A stretch of DNA of 20,000 bases from an uncultured virus (IMG/VR IMGVR_UViG_3300005512_000015) (lineage: Duplodnaviria > Heunggongvirae > Uroviricota > Caudoviricetes), in IMG/VR virus record IMGVR_UViG_3300005512_000015. The stretch is one strand, 5' to 3'. A model generated the notes under the pieces. That model had not been told where the DNA came from, ran no database searches, and worked only from the letters and a program-made list of their open reading frames with translations. Numbering within the stretch: position 1 is the first letter of the stretch; every line of letters begins with the position of its first letter. Position numbers and translations under genes: made by a program. Below, piece by piece: positions 8,185 through 15,885 of the stretch.

Positions 8185-8409
8185 TTAATAAAACCATTTG
8201 TGAAAGTATAATCTCCAGATATAACCTCTAAAAATACTAATTATTGTGAAATACAACGCAATAATTATATTTTCAAATAATCCAATCTCTATATCATATA
8301 ACCAAAAAATTATAGGTTGTGCTATAAAGATGCTTAATAATAGGCCACTTCCTACATTCGCTAGTGATTCATACATGGCAAGTTTGTGGAGTTTCTTTCT
8401 TTGTACCAT
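8185..8409 (-). CDS. small two-TM membrane protein (DUF7220-like)
   Basis: ESLANVGSG...FTIISIFRGYIWR pattern; two hydrophobic helices. Confidence 0.65.
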   Translation of the reverse strand: MVQRKKLHKLAMYESLANVGSGLLLSIFIAQPIIFWLYDIEIGLFENIIIALYFTIISIFRGYIWRLYFHKWFY

Positions 8410-8418
8410 TAAGATCCT

Positions 8419-8673
8419 TTATTTGCGAATTTTATTTGTTTTAGCGATGTGTTCTATTTGTTGGTTTTCACGAACGAGTTGTTCGTAGCGGCGAATGCCG
8501 AATTGTTCTAGTCGATCTTGTTGGTAATCATCTAGCTTAAATTCTTGCATAAGAGGAATAGCTCGTTCGATTGCTACAGTGAGTTGTTTGATTGATTTAG
8601 AATCTTTAATTGAATTGTAAATGAAGTCATAGCCAGCTTTTGCTTGTTCAGAGTTATCTTGAAAACGTGCCAT
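8419..8673 (-). CDS. hypothetical protein (84 aa)
   Basis: ORF with GAGGAAAG RBS downstream of a promoter. Confidence 0.75.
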   Translation of the reverse strand: MARFQDNSEQAKAGYDFIYNSIKDSKSIKQLTVAIERAIPLMQEFKLDDYQQDRLEQFGIRRYEQLVRENQQIEHIAKTNKIRK

Positions 8674-8693
8674 TTTGTCTTTCCTCAGTGATT

Positions 8694-8726
8694 AAAAAAG
8701 GCAAGCTGTTTTATCAGCTTACCTTT
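8694..8726 (-). terminator. intrinsic terminator
   Basis: Minus strand AAAGGTAAGCTG-ATAAAA-CAGCTTGCC followed by T6, downstream of the 363-aa gene. Confidence 0.75.
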
Positions 8727-8728
8727 AT

Positions 8729-8750
8729 ATTATACCAAGTTATTCGTTAA
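8729..8750 (-). promoter_or_regulatory. promoter TTAA-N12-TATAAT
   Basis: TTAAcgaataacttggTATAAT. Confidence 0.7.
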
Positions 8751-8761
8751 AATAACACTGT

Positions 8762-9853
8762 TTATTTTAATTCTTTTCCGTTTATTTTAACAACGAATTT
8801 TCCATCATGAACGTGAACTTTTAATTCTTGTCCGTTCATTTCTTTGCTAAAGATTACATCTTCTTCGCCTTCATCCATTTTATATCTTCCAGCCATTACC
8901 GAGTGAAAGTCTTTAGCTTTAACATTTAGTTCAGTTAATTTGTTTTGCATCCATTCTGGAAAGTCGTTACCTTGTTGTAAATATTCCATAATTTCTTTTG
9001 AAACATATCTAACGAATCTAGCTTGATCCATTGCCATACTTTCTTCATCTGGAGAAGCTGGTTGCATATCTTCAATATTTTCATTAAGACCAGCTTTAAC
9101 TTTTCTTGAACAACCAATTGCTTTAAGAACTTTTTGCGCTCCACGAACATCTGATTTATCAACCATAACGATGTTACCTTCGATTGAAGCATTAATATCA
9201 GCATCAGCTAAAGATTGTAATACAAAATCAGCATCTTGAGATTCAGAAAGTTCAACAGATTCTTTAATACTTTCAGAACCAAATAACGTATCTAAATTAG
9301 AATTAACTTTTTCTAGATCTTTAACGATCTTGGCAAATTTAGATTCTGAGTAACCTTTAAGCTTATCGACTTTTCTGGTAGATATCATCATACTGATAGG
9401 GCCAGTCTTACTTTTAATTTTAGTACATAAATAAGTTATGTCCTGAACCGACTTTCCTGCTGATTGTTCTAAAATAATAGCTTCTTCAAGTTCGTCTTCA
9501 TCTTCATCTTCAAGAGATAATTCTTCAGGAGCGTATTTTTTAGTTGTACCATCTTCTAATTCAACAGTGTAATACTTACCTTCTTCAGGCTCGTCAATTT
9601 TTACGATTTTACCTTCAGAGCCAGATGCTTTACAAATTACTTCATCACCAATTTCGAAATGACTTTCGTCAACTCTAGCATTTTTAAAGTCACCTAAAAC
9701 TTTTAATGCATCAAGGCTTGGAAAATTAATTTCTAAAGCTTTGATAATTTTATTATTATGCTCTTTGTCTTTTTTCATTTTGATAATAAGTTTTTCAGCA
9801 GCGGCTAAAAGCTTCTTATCCATTGTACCTTCTACAAGATCTCTAAATTTCAT
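8762..9853 (-). CDS. acidic late protein, probable head-internal protein
   Basis: T4-late promoter upstream; N-terminal MKFRDLVE and repeated (L/I/V)xE sites (LEE, IKE, LSE, LNE) resembling T4 gp21 cleavage sites; SH3-like segment FEIGDEV...YTVEL. Confidence 0.55.
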   Translation of the reverse strand: MKFRDLVEGTMDKKLLAAAEKLIIKMKKDKEHNNKIIKALEINFPSLDALKVLGDFKNARVDESHFEIGDEVICKASGSEGKIVKIDEPEEGKYYTVELEDGTTKKYAPEELSLEDEDEDELEEAIILEQSAGKSVQDITYLCTKIKSKTGPISMMISTRKVDKLKGYSESKFAKIVKDLEKVNSNLDTLFGSESIKESVELSESQDADFVLQSLADADINASIEGNIVMVDKSDVRGAQKVLKAIGCSRKVKAGLNENIEDMQPASPDEESMAMDQARFVRYVSKEIMEYLQQGNDFPEWMQNKLTELNVKAKDFHSVMAGRYKMDEGEEDVIFSKEMNGQELKVHVHDGKFVVKINGKELK

Positions 9854-9880
9854 AGCTATTTCCTATTGTTGTTTTAGAAT

Positions 9881-9888
9881 TATTTATA
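9881..9888 (-). promoter_or_regulatory. T4-type late promoter TATAAATA
   Basis: Exact consensus, overlapping the clpP stop, 27 bp upstream of ATG 9853. Confidence 0.75.
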
Positions 9889-10459
9889 TTTTTTCATCAA
9901 TTAACCCTAATTTAACAGCTTCATCTGGGTCCATATAGTAATCTCTTTTTGTTTTTGACTTAATATCTTCTAATGTAGATTTACCTTTAGTGAAATTAGC
10001 AATATCAACCATTAGTTTGTCATCTAGATATTTTGATTCGTGGTAATCAATTTCCATATCATGAATAGTTCCTCTTGTTCCAGAACTAACTGAATGAATC
10101 ATAATTCTACAGTTTTTAGTAGCTTTTCTTGTTCCAGTACCAGCCGCCAATAAATATGCACCCATTGAAGCACACATACCAGTTCCAATTGTATTAACTT
10201 TACAAGGTAATGTATCAATAACATCTTTTATAGCATAACCATCATAAACAGAACCACCCGGTGAATTGATATAAAACTCGATATCTTTATCTGGATCATC
10301 CGCGGCTAACCACATTAATTGCATAATTGCGATGTTTGCTGTGTCTTCATTTACTTCAGTTCCAAAATAAACTATTCTATCAGCCAATAATCTTGAGAAT
10401 ATATCCATTGGTTTCTCAGATCTTCCTGTTTTTTCAATTACATAGGGTACATGTATCAT
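9884..10459 (-). CDS. clpP: ATP-dependent Clp protease proteolytic subunit
   Basis: VPYVIE, DIFSRLL.DRI, YINSPGGSV, CASMG (Ser), IMIH (His), RDYYM (Asp), GLID. Confidence 0.93.
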   Translation of the reverse strand: MIHVPYVIEKTGRSEKPMDIFSRLLADRIVYFGTEVNEDTANIAIMQLMWLAADDPDKDIEFYINSPGGSVYDGYAIKDVIDTLPCKVNTIGTGMCASMGAYLLAAGTGTRKATKNCRIMIHSVSSGTRGTIHDMEIDYHESKYLDDKLMVDIANFTKGKSTLEDIKSKTKRDYYMDPDEAVKLGLIDEKI

Positions 10460-10471
10460 AATATTCCTTTA

Positions 10472-11314
10472 TTAAATTTTAATTGCATACCAATTGATAA
10501 ATTTTTCATTACCATTGTTTTTTGCTTTTGTTTTTGATGCACTAGATTGATATAATTTAGCACCATTATTTCTATAACTTCTTATTAATGACATTTCTGG
10601 CAATTTATTCTCATTGCATATTTTTTGAAAATTACCATGACATTCAAACATCAATTCGTCATTACTATTAAAGATGTGTATTATTTCAGCTGAAGGATTG
10701 TCCTTACCGGTCAATAATCCCTTTCTACCTGTTGACACATTATTTTTATGTTCTTCTGATAATTTTCTTCCTTTTAGTGAATTTGATATATTTTCGCATT
10801 GTTCTTTCGTTCGTTTCTTTCCTGTATTTGAATTTGCTGCTTTTTCTATTGCAAACTTAGAACGCTTTTTATTTTTTGTATTAGATATCATTCCTGTCAT
10901 AGAATCAGATATTTTTTTACGAGTTTCTTCAGAATGCGTTAAATTTCCATTTTTTATTTTTGTTTCTATTCCAAGTTTTATGGATTCTTTTTTAGGAGAA
11001 ATACCTGATCTATCAAATCCAGTACTGGATTGTTTAACTTTATTATAAAAAGATTCATTAATTCCAACATTAAATTTATTATGTAGCTTAATTTCTAATA
11101 CAGCAGCTTTTTTTCTAGAGTTATATATTCTTACAACTTTATATTTGTACTTTTGTGGATTTATTTTTTGATCTTTTATAAATTCTTTATCAGTGCTTGA
11201 ACTAAAATATTTAATTCCTAGGTCTAATTTAGGACTAATTATACAAGATCTTACGCCATAATAATGTTTATTTTCAACAGTATTAAATATTCTATATACG
11301 TAATGGTATTTCAT
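10472..11314 (-). mobile_element. free-standing GIY-YIG (Seg-like) homing endonuclease with NUMOD3 repeats
   Basis: YVYRI...YYGVR, YFSSS, E, FYN catalytic domain; HSEETRKKISDSMTG, RTKEQCENISNSLKG and LSEEHKNNVS repeats. Confidence 0.85.
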
Positions 11315-11335
11315 AGATAACTCCTTTTATAAAAT

Positions 11336-11343
11336 TATTTATA
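11336..11343 (-). promoter_or_regulatory. T4-type late promoter TATAAATA
   Basis: Exact consensus just upstream of the AGGAG RBS (11321-11325) of the endonuclease. Confidence 0.7.
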
Positions 11344-11382
11344 AGTCTTTTTGATAATTCAATTACGTGTGGCATAAACATA

Positions 11383-11529
11383 TTAATAATCCTTCTTTTT
11401 GTGTTTTTCTTTTCTTGAATATTTCGTTCTATCTGGTTCAACCTTTGTTTTAAGATCAATTTCGTTTTTAAAAGCAGCAATAATCATAGGATTACGAGCT
11501 TTTGCTGGTTTTACTTTTTTCTTTTTCAT
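11383..11529 (-). CDS. 48-aa basic peptide, ArfA-like
   Basis: Not in the ORF track. MKKKKVKPAKARNPMIIAAFKNEIDLKTKVEPDRTKYSRKEKHKKKDY; AGGAG RBS and own promoter at 11555-11576. Confidence 0.65.
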   Translation of the reverse strand: MKKKKVKPAKARNPMIIAAFKNEIDLKTKVEPDRTKYSRKEKHKKKDY

Positions 11530-11554
11530 CTCGACTCCTATAAACTATACTATT

Positions 11555-11576
11555 ATTATATACAATTTTTAGTTAA
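11555..11576 (-). promoter_or_regulatory. promoter TTAA-N12-TATAAT
   Basis: TTAActaaaaattgtaTATAAT. Confidence 0.7.
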
Positions 11577-11604
11577 AAAAATAGGAAGACAATATGCCTT
11601 CCCA
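11575..11604 (-). terminator. intrinsic terminator after the spanin genes
   Basis: Minus strand GGGAAGGCA-TAT-TGTCTTCCT then ATTTTTTT. Confidence 0.7.
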
Positions 11605-11645
11605 AAATTATATCTTAACAATTTATTATTATGGTTTTATTTATA

Positions 11646-12029
11646 TTAGTCTTTTGACTTTTCATCAGATTCGTAATATTCTTTATAAGCGGCAATAATA
11701 GCTTTTTGTTGCAGTATATATTGTCTAAGCTTAGCTAAATTAGAAGATAGATCTTGGTAATCTTCATCAGTCAAACCGTATAACACTAGATCAAATTTAC
11801 CTTTTTCCATTTTTGCAAATACTTCTTCGTAATTTTCTGGTGTGATAATAAACCATTCAATTTTATTTGGTGTTACTGGTTTTGGCTCTTTAAGAGCTAA
11901 AGGTTGTCTTTCAACAGCTTTTGCTTGTATCTCTATTGTATTAATTTCAGGTCCACTAAAGGGATTCAGAGAACACCCAGAAATTAATAAACTACTTAGC
12001 GATAGAATCAATAAGTTCTTGACATTCAC
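11646..12029 (-). CDS. o-spanin (outer-membrane lipoprotein)
   Basis: GTG start with AGGAG RBS, signal peptide with lipobox LISGC, Pro-rich segment then helix; overlaps the 3' end of the upstream TM/coiled-coil gene. Confidence 0.75.
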   Translation of the reverse strand: MNVKNLLILSLSSLLISGCSLNPFSGPEINTIEIQAKAVERQPLALKEPKPVTPNKIEWFIITPENYEEVFAKMEKGKFDLVLYGLTDEDYQDLSSNLAKLRQYILQQKAIIAAYKEYYESDEKSKD

Positions 12030-12450
12030 TATTCTTTTCTCCTTCTTTAATTGGTGATCCAGTTGCTATTTCAAAACAACGATTAACTTTGCTCGTGGCG
12101 CCATTAATAATTTTATTAATTAGCTTAGGCTTGGCTCTTGTGATAGCACCAAAGTCTCTCGACTGTCCTTTAGCATTGACTTCAAATTTATTATTTAGAT
12201 TATCAACATCCTTTTGAAGCTTCGCATTTGCTTCATCTAATTGGTCGTTTAGTTCAAGAACTTTAACCATATCAGCTTTTTGTTGAGCAATTAATTCTTG
12301 CTGGATGCTAATTGATTCTTCTAATTTCTTAGAATTTTCTTCTGAAATAGCTAATGCCGCTTTAAGATTCATTCCGTAGTATAAACCTCCAGCGACCATA
12401 ACAACTACTATAAGAATAGCAACATATTTGATAGCGCTGAAGATTCCCAT
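11992..12450 (-). CDS. i-spanin
   Basis: Single N-terminal TM, long coiled coil, two C-terminal Cys; paired with the lipoprotein gene. Confidence 0.75.
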   Translation of the reverse strand: MGIFSAIKYVAILIVVVMVAGGLYYGMNLKAALAISEENSKKLEESISIQQELIAQQKADMVKVLELNDQLDEANAKLQKDVDNLNNKFEVNAKGQSRDFGAITRAKPKLINKIINGATSKVNRCFEIATGSPIKEGEKNSECQELIDSIAK

Positions 12451-12686
12451 TACTTATCCTCTTCGGTATTCTCAACTTCAGTAAACTTTTCAGTTTCTTT
12501 TTGAAGTTCTTCCATTAATTTGACTTTAGCTAGTTCAGTGATAGATTTTTGTAAACCAATTTTAGCTAATTCGCCATCAACTTTTTTGATATCATTAATA
12601 ATATTAACACCTTTTTCAGTAATTGATTCGGCATCATATACCTTGTCACCGATTGTTAACGTTTTCAATTCTGTATTTTCTGCCAT
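12450..12686 (-). CDS. hypothetical protein (DUF6447-like)
   Basis: TLTIGDKVYDAESITE followed by a coiled coil; TAATG coupling to the i-spanin. Confidence 0.55.
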   Translation of the reverse strand: MAENTELKTLTIGDKVYDAESITEKGVNIINDIKKVDGELAKIGLQKSITELAKVKLMEELQKETEKFTEVENTEEDK

Positions 12687-12688
12687 TT

Positions 12689-12985
12689 TTATTTTCCTTC
12701 CAATAGACTAATTAATTGTGATTTTGTTTGAGCGCCTGTTGCAGTATTAACAACTTCGCCACCTTCAAATACCATAAATGTTGGTACTGATCTAATATTA
12801 TATTTAACTGCTGATTCCTGATCTTCATCAGTATTAACATCAAATACGTTGTAACCTTCTTTTACCATTTCCTCCAATGTTGGAGCAACTGATTTGCAGG
12901 GTGCGCACCACGGAGCACCAAATTTTACCAGCAATTTACCTGGTTGGGTAAGCACTGTTTCATTAAAAGTTTGTAGTTCTGCCAT
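12689..12985 (-). CDS. trxA: thioredoxin
   Basis: FGAPWCAPCK active site, YNIRSVPT cis-Pro motif. Confidence 0.92.
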   Translation of the reverse strand: MAELQTFNETVLTQPGKLLVKFGAPWCAPCKSVAPTLEEMVKEGYNVFDVNTDEDQESAVKYNIRSVPTFMVFEGGEVVNTATGAQTKSQLISLLEGK

Positions 12986-13011
12986 TTCTCTTTCCTTTTT
13001 TGATTTAGGTT

Positions 13012-13033
13012 ATTATATCAAGTGTTTATTTAA
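13012..13033 (-). promoter_or_regulatory. promoter TTAA-N12-TATAAT
   Basis: TTAAataaacacttgaTATAAT. Confidence 0.7.
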
Positions 13034-13046
13034 TTTATAAGTAAAA

Positions 13047-14147
13047 TTACTCTTTATCTGAAGCTCGCACAATTCTTTTAAATAATTTCTTATCATTAAG
13101 AGCGGTATCAACCGCTGCGAGCTTTTTGTACAAGTCAGGTTCATCTTTACGATAACCTTTTAGGAACGCTACACAAATCTCAACATCAAGACTATATAGA
13201 TATGCTAAGAAAACAACAATTTCTTCTTTAGGCATGTATTTTTTAGCTAATTGATGAGCTAGTTCAGACTTATGTATAGTTTCTGATTTTTCCATAAGAG
13301 ATTTAATCTTATCTCCAACTTCTTCAAGTGAATCATTTTCAAAGTTGTCATAAAATACTTTTTCAATGTCTTCCATTTTAATAACATTATCATAGTTTTT
13401 AATGAACTGATAAAACTGAGAACCAATTTCACTTCCAACTTTACCTTTCATAATTTGAAAGACAATTTCTTCTGGAATACTATCAATATTATCCATGAAG
13501 TCACCAAGCTTAGCCCAAGAACGAGGTGTTGCGCCAATACCGCCATCTTGTGGAGTCCAGTGTAAACGATCAGGAAACTCAGTCAAGTAATCAAGTACCA
13601 TAGTATTTACATTGTTTGAACGACCCCAAGTTAGGAATGCTTTCAAATCTGGTTCAACATTAATATGTAAGAAACGGTCAAGCAATGCTGGATCCAATTC
13701 ATCAACTTGGTAATCATCAGCAGGGTTAATGGCTGCTACAACCATTGTACGTTGATCTTCAACAATTGGAAGAATATGCTCGTGAATTTGACGTTCTAAT
13801 ACTAATTGCAACGCAGATTGTCGAACATCGATAGGTGCACGGTTCAATTCATCTAAGAATAAAATAGTTGGAATCCTAGCAGCAGCTTTCTTTTCCATAC
13901 GTTGTAACCAAATTGGCTTAGACCAAGTTGTGATAGTATTACCATCAATTTCTATAGTGTGAGGGATACCAATCAAATCACCAACTTCTTGATGAGAAAG
14001 AAATAGTTCTTCAATATGATAGCCGTTCTCTTTAGCAAATTGTTTAACAATCGCAGACTTACCGATACCATGAGGACCTTCCATGATAACAGTATCGTCA
14101 GCCTTTGCGGCAGCTTTAATAACCATCTTAGCAAATTGAATATCCAT
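13047..14147 (-). CDS. MoxR-type AAA+ ATPase
   Basis: Walker A GPHGIGKS, DLIGIP, Walker B LFLDELNRA, AAINP, LDPALLDRF, TPRSW. Confidence 0.9.
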   Translation of the reverse strand: MDIQFAKMVIKAAAKADDTVIMEGPHGIGKSAIVKQFAKENGYHIEELFLSHQEVGDLIGIPHTIEIDGNTITTWSKPIWLQRMEKKAAARIPTILFLDELNRAPIDVRQSALQLVLERQIHEHILPIVEDQRTMVVAAINPADDYQVDELDPALLDRFLHINVEPDLKAFLTWGRSNNVNTMVLDYLTEFPDRLHWTPQDGGIGATPRSWAKLGDFMDNIDSIPEEIVFQIMKGKVGSEIGSQFYQFIKNYDNVIKMEDIEKVFYDNFENDSLEEVGDKIKSLMEKSETIHKSELAHQLAKKYMPKEEIVVFLAYLYSLDVEICVAFLKGYRKDEPDLYKKLAAVDTALNDKKLFKRIVRASDKE

Positions 14148-14169
14148 CGTCTTTCCTTTAATTTCGTAT

Positions 14170-14191
14170 ATTATAACAAAGAAACATTTAA
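14170..14191 (-). promoter_or_regulatory. promoter TTAA-N12-TATAAT
   Basis: TTAAatgtttctttgtTATAAT. Confidence 0.7.
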
Positions 14192-14195
14192 CTTT

Positions 14196-14528
14196 TTAGT
14201 TTCTTCTCATTTTTGCTATTTCTTCGGCTTGCTTAGTTCCTCGCATGACTGGGACAGCGTTGCTCTTATGCATTGTGGCAATTCCGCAAATAAGGTCTCC
14301 GGTGTACCACATTGGTTCTTTCTTTCCTGTAATCGCTGGGTTCGACGTCGTGATGCTTGGATAACTCTTCGTTTCGCGGACATAAACTTCCTTAGGTTTG
14401 TACTCTTTAAATTCTTTACGTGATTTACGTTTGGCAGGTACACCAAATAGTTTTTCTCTTTCTTTATGCTTTTTTTCTTCAGCGTGAGCGGCCATTCTAG
14501 CCGCCTTTGCTCTTTTGGTGGTACTCAT
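14196..14528 (-). CDS. conserved basic hypothetical protein of T4-like phages
   Basis: YTG...GIATMHKSNAVPV motif, recalled from T4-like phage hypotheticals. Confidence 0.65.
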   Translation of the reverse strand: MSTTKRAKAARMAAHAEEKKHKEREKLFGVPAKRKSRKEFKEYKPKEVYVRETKSYPSITTSNPAITGKKEPMWYTGDLICGIATMHKSNAVPVMRGTKQAEEIAKMRRN

Positions 14529-14532
14529 TTGC

Positions 14533-14823
14533 TTAACCTTTTTTCAAAAGTGTTGGAGATATTGACCATTCAACTCCATCAGTAGCTACAACTTTGATAG
14601 TCTTTTTATTAACTTTTGTGATTGTACCAGTTTGTTTACCATAACCACGTTTGTTAGAATTCCAAGTAACCTTTTCACCAACGTTGAATTGTTGAGCAAT
14701 TCCAGACTGATAAGTTCTTTGGGCATGATTAAACATTTTAACAATCATATTGAAATCCGCATTATCAGCTTTTGCCAATAGTTTGTTTAGTGTGTTCATT
14801 TCGTTAAGAGTAAGATTAGCCAT
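14533..14823 (-). CDS. hypothetical protein with SH3/KOW-like beta domain
   Basis: FNVGEKVTW...GTITKVNKKTIKV...W; AAGGAAG RBS; first gene after an early promoter. Confidence 0.7.
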   Translation of the reverse strand: MANLTLNEMNTLNKLLAKADNADFNMIVKMFNHAQRTYQSGIAQQFNVGEKVTWNSNKRGYGKQTGTITKVNKKTIKVVATDGVEWSISPTLLKKG

Positions 14824-14855
14824 GTTTTTCTTCCTTTGCTTGATTTGTTAGAACT

Positions 14856-14885
14856 ATTATATCAAGTTTTCTGAGAAATGTAAAC
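14856..14885 (-). promoter_or_regulatory. early-type sigma70 promoter GTTTACA-N17-TATAAT
   Basis: GTTTACAtttctcagaaaacttgaTATAAT with a T-rich upstream tract. Confidence 0.8.
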
Positions 14886-14920
14886 GGTTTTTATTTAAAA
14901 AAATGAAAGAATTTTGAAAT

Positions 14921-15145
14921 TTATTTTGAATTCTTCAATTCTTCCATTTGTTTTATGAGTTGAGATTGTTGTGAACGTAGGTGTGCAAGGTCTTGCTTTG
15001 TTCTGGAAAGTTCGTCAATAACTTCATTCATAACACCATGAGAGTTTAAAAGAACAGATTCTAAGTAATCGATCTCTTCTTCGTACTCGCAAATTGATTT
15101 GTTTATTTGAACAAGATATGCGTGAATGTCTTTAATAACTTCCAT
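14921..15145 (-). CDS. hypothetical coiled-coil protein (74 aa)
   Basis: ORF directly downstream of the tRNA cluster; heptad pattern. Confidence 0.6.
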   Translation of the reverse strand: MEVIKDIHAYLVQINKSICEYEEEIDYLESVLLNSHGVMNEVIDELSRTKQDLAHLRSQQSQLIKQMEELKNSK

Positions 15146-15162
15146 AGTTTCTCTCTTATTTG

Positions 15163-15239
15163 TGGTGGGCCCTCACGGACTTGAACCGTGGACCTATCGA
15201 TTATGAGTCGAGTGCTCTAACCAGCTGAGCTAAGGGCCC
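15163..15239 (-). tRNA. tRNA-Ile2 (anticodon CAT, lysidine type)
   Basis: Cloverleaf GGGCCCT...CTCATAA...GGTTCAAGTCC...AGGGCCC-A-CCA; paired G1-C72 and C4-G69/C5-G68 favour Ile2 over Met. Confidence 0.85.
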
Positions 15240-15243
15240 AAAT

Positions 15244-15340
15244 TGGGTTGCCGTTGTTCAGTATTATCGAGTCATACATAACATATAAATTACTAACTCG
15301 AACAGAAGCGAAACTAATTCCGCCGGTCGCTACGCAACCC
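15244..15340 (-). ncRNA. unidentified structured RNA within the tRNA cluster
   Basis: Terminal stem GGGTTGC/GCAACCC with internal hairpins; no canonical cloverleaf. Confidence 0.5.
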
Positions 15341-15382
15341 TTTTAGGCAAATAGTGATTTACACTTTGCGTAAACCTTTAAA

Positions 15383-15459
<77 letters not shown>

Positions 15460-15471
15460 ATAAACTTTTAA

Positions 15472-15548
15472 TGGTACTCCTAACAGGACTCGAACCTGTA
15501 ACCTCCGGTATCGCAAACCGATGCTCTATCCAGTTGAGCTATAGAAGT
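15472..15548 (-). tRNA. tRNA-Arg (GCG)
   Basis: ACTTCTA/TAGGAGT acceptor, D-loop A20, TCGGT-TTGCGAT-ACCGG anticodon arm, GGTTCGAGTCC, CCA. Confidence 0.9.
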
Positions 15549-15592
15549 AATTACCAAATTAAAATAATACTTTTTCAAATATCATTTTAGTT

Positions 15593-15677
15593 TGGTGCGG
15601 GTACCGAGACTCGAACTCGGAAACCTTTCGGTGAGGAATTTTAAGTCCCTTGTGTTTACCAATTTCACCATACCCGC
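15593..15677 (-). tRNA. tRNA-Leu (TAA)
   Basis: GCGGGTA/TACCCGC acceptor, AGGGA-CTTAAAA-TTCCT, long variable arm, CCA. Confidence 0.95.
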
Positions 15678-15714
15678 TAAGCAATTTTGCTTTTTCAAAC
15701 GTTTTTCTTTATGT

Positions 15715-15882
15715 AGTAATTATATCAAGTACTACCTTAACTTTTTATTAAATTTTCAAGTTTTTTAATTTTTTTTGAAAATAATTATATGTTGTTAAAG
15801 AACGTACCAGATCATCAATGCTACCATTTCCGATTTGATAGAGTAATTATATCCAGTACTACCTTAACTTTTTATTAAATTT
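15715..15882 (-). repeat. 41-bp direct repeat (15715-15755 and 15842-15882), each copy containing a TTAA-N12-TATAAT promoter for the tRNA operon
   Basis: agtaattatatc[a/c]agtactaccttaactttttattaaattt twice, one mismatch, 127-bp period. Confidence 0.85.
15792..15803 (-). promoter_or_regulatory. boxA-like antitermination element
   Basis: GTTCTTTAACAA versus rrn boxA GCTCTTTAACA(A), in the tRNA operon leader. Confidence 0.55.
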
Positions 15883-15885
15883 AGA

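Noticed and set aside
11292..11480. 62-aa minus-strand ORF in the track
   Set aside because: The overlapping frame 11383-11529 has the RBS and promoter; this one crosses the late promoter and the endonuclease start.
15163..15239. Initiator tRNA-fMet
   Set aside because: 1-72 is paired and the three G-C anticodon-stem pairs are missing; elongator Met is not fully excluded.
15244..15340. Hammerhead ribozyme or SRP RNA
   Set aside because: CGAAAC and GTC occur on the plus strand but the CUGANGA core is absent; no SRP helix-8 motif.
15715..15882. Direct repeat as CRISPR array or att site
   Set aside because: Only two copies, 86-bp spacer, no cas or integrase; explained as a duplicated promoter.
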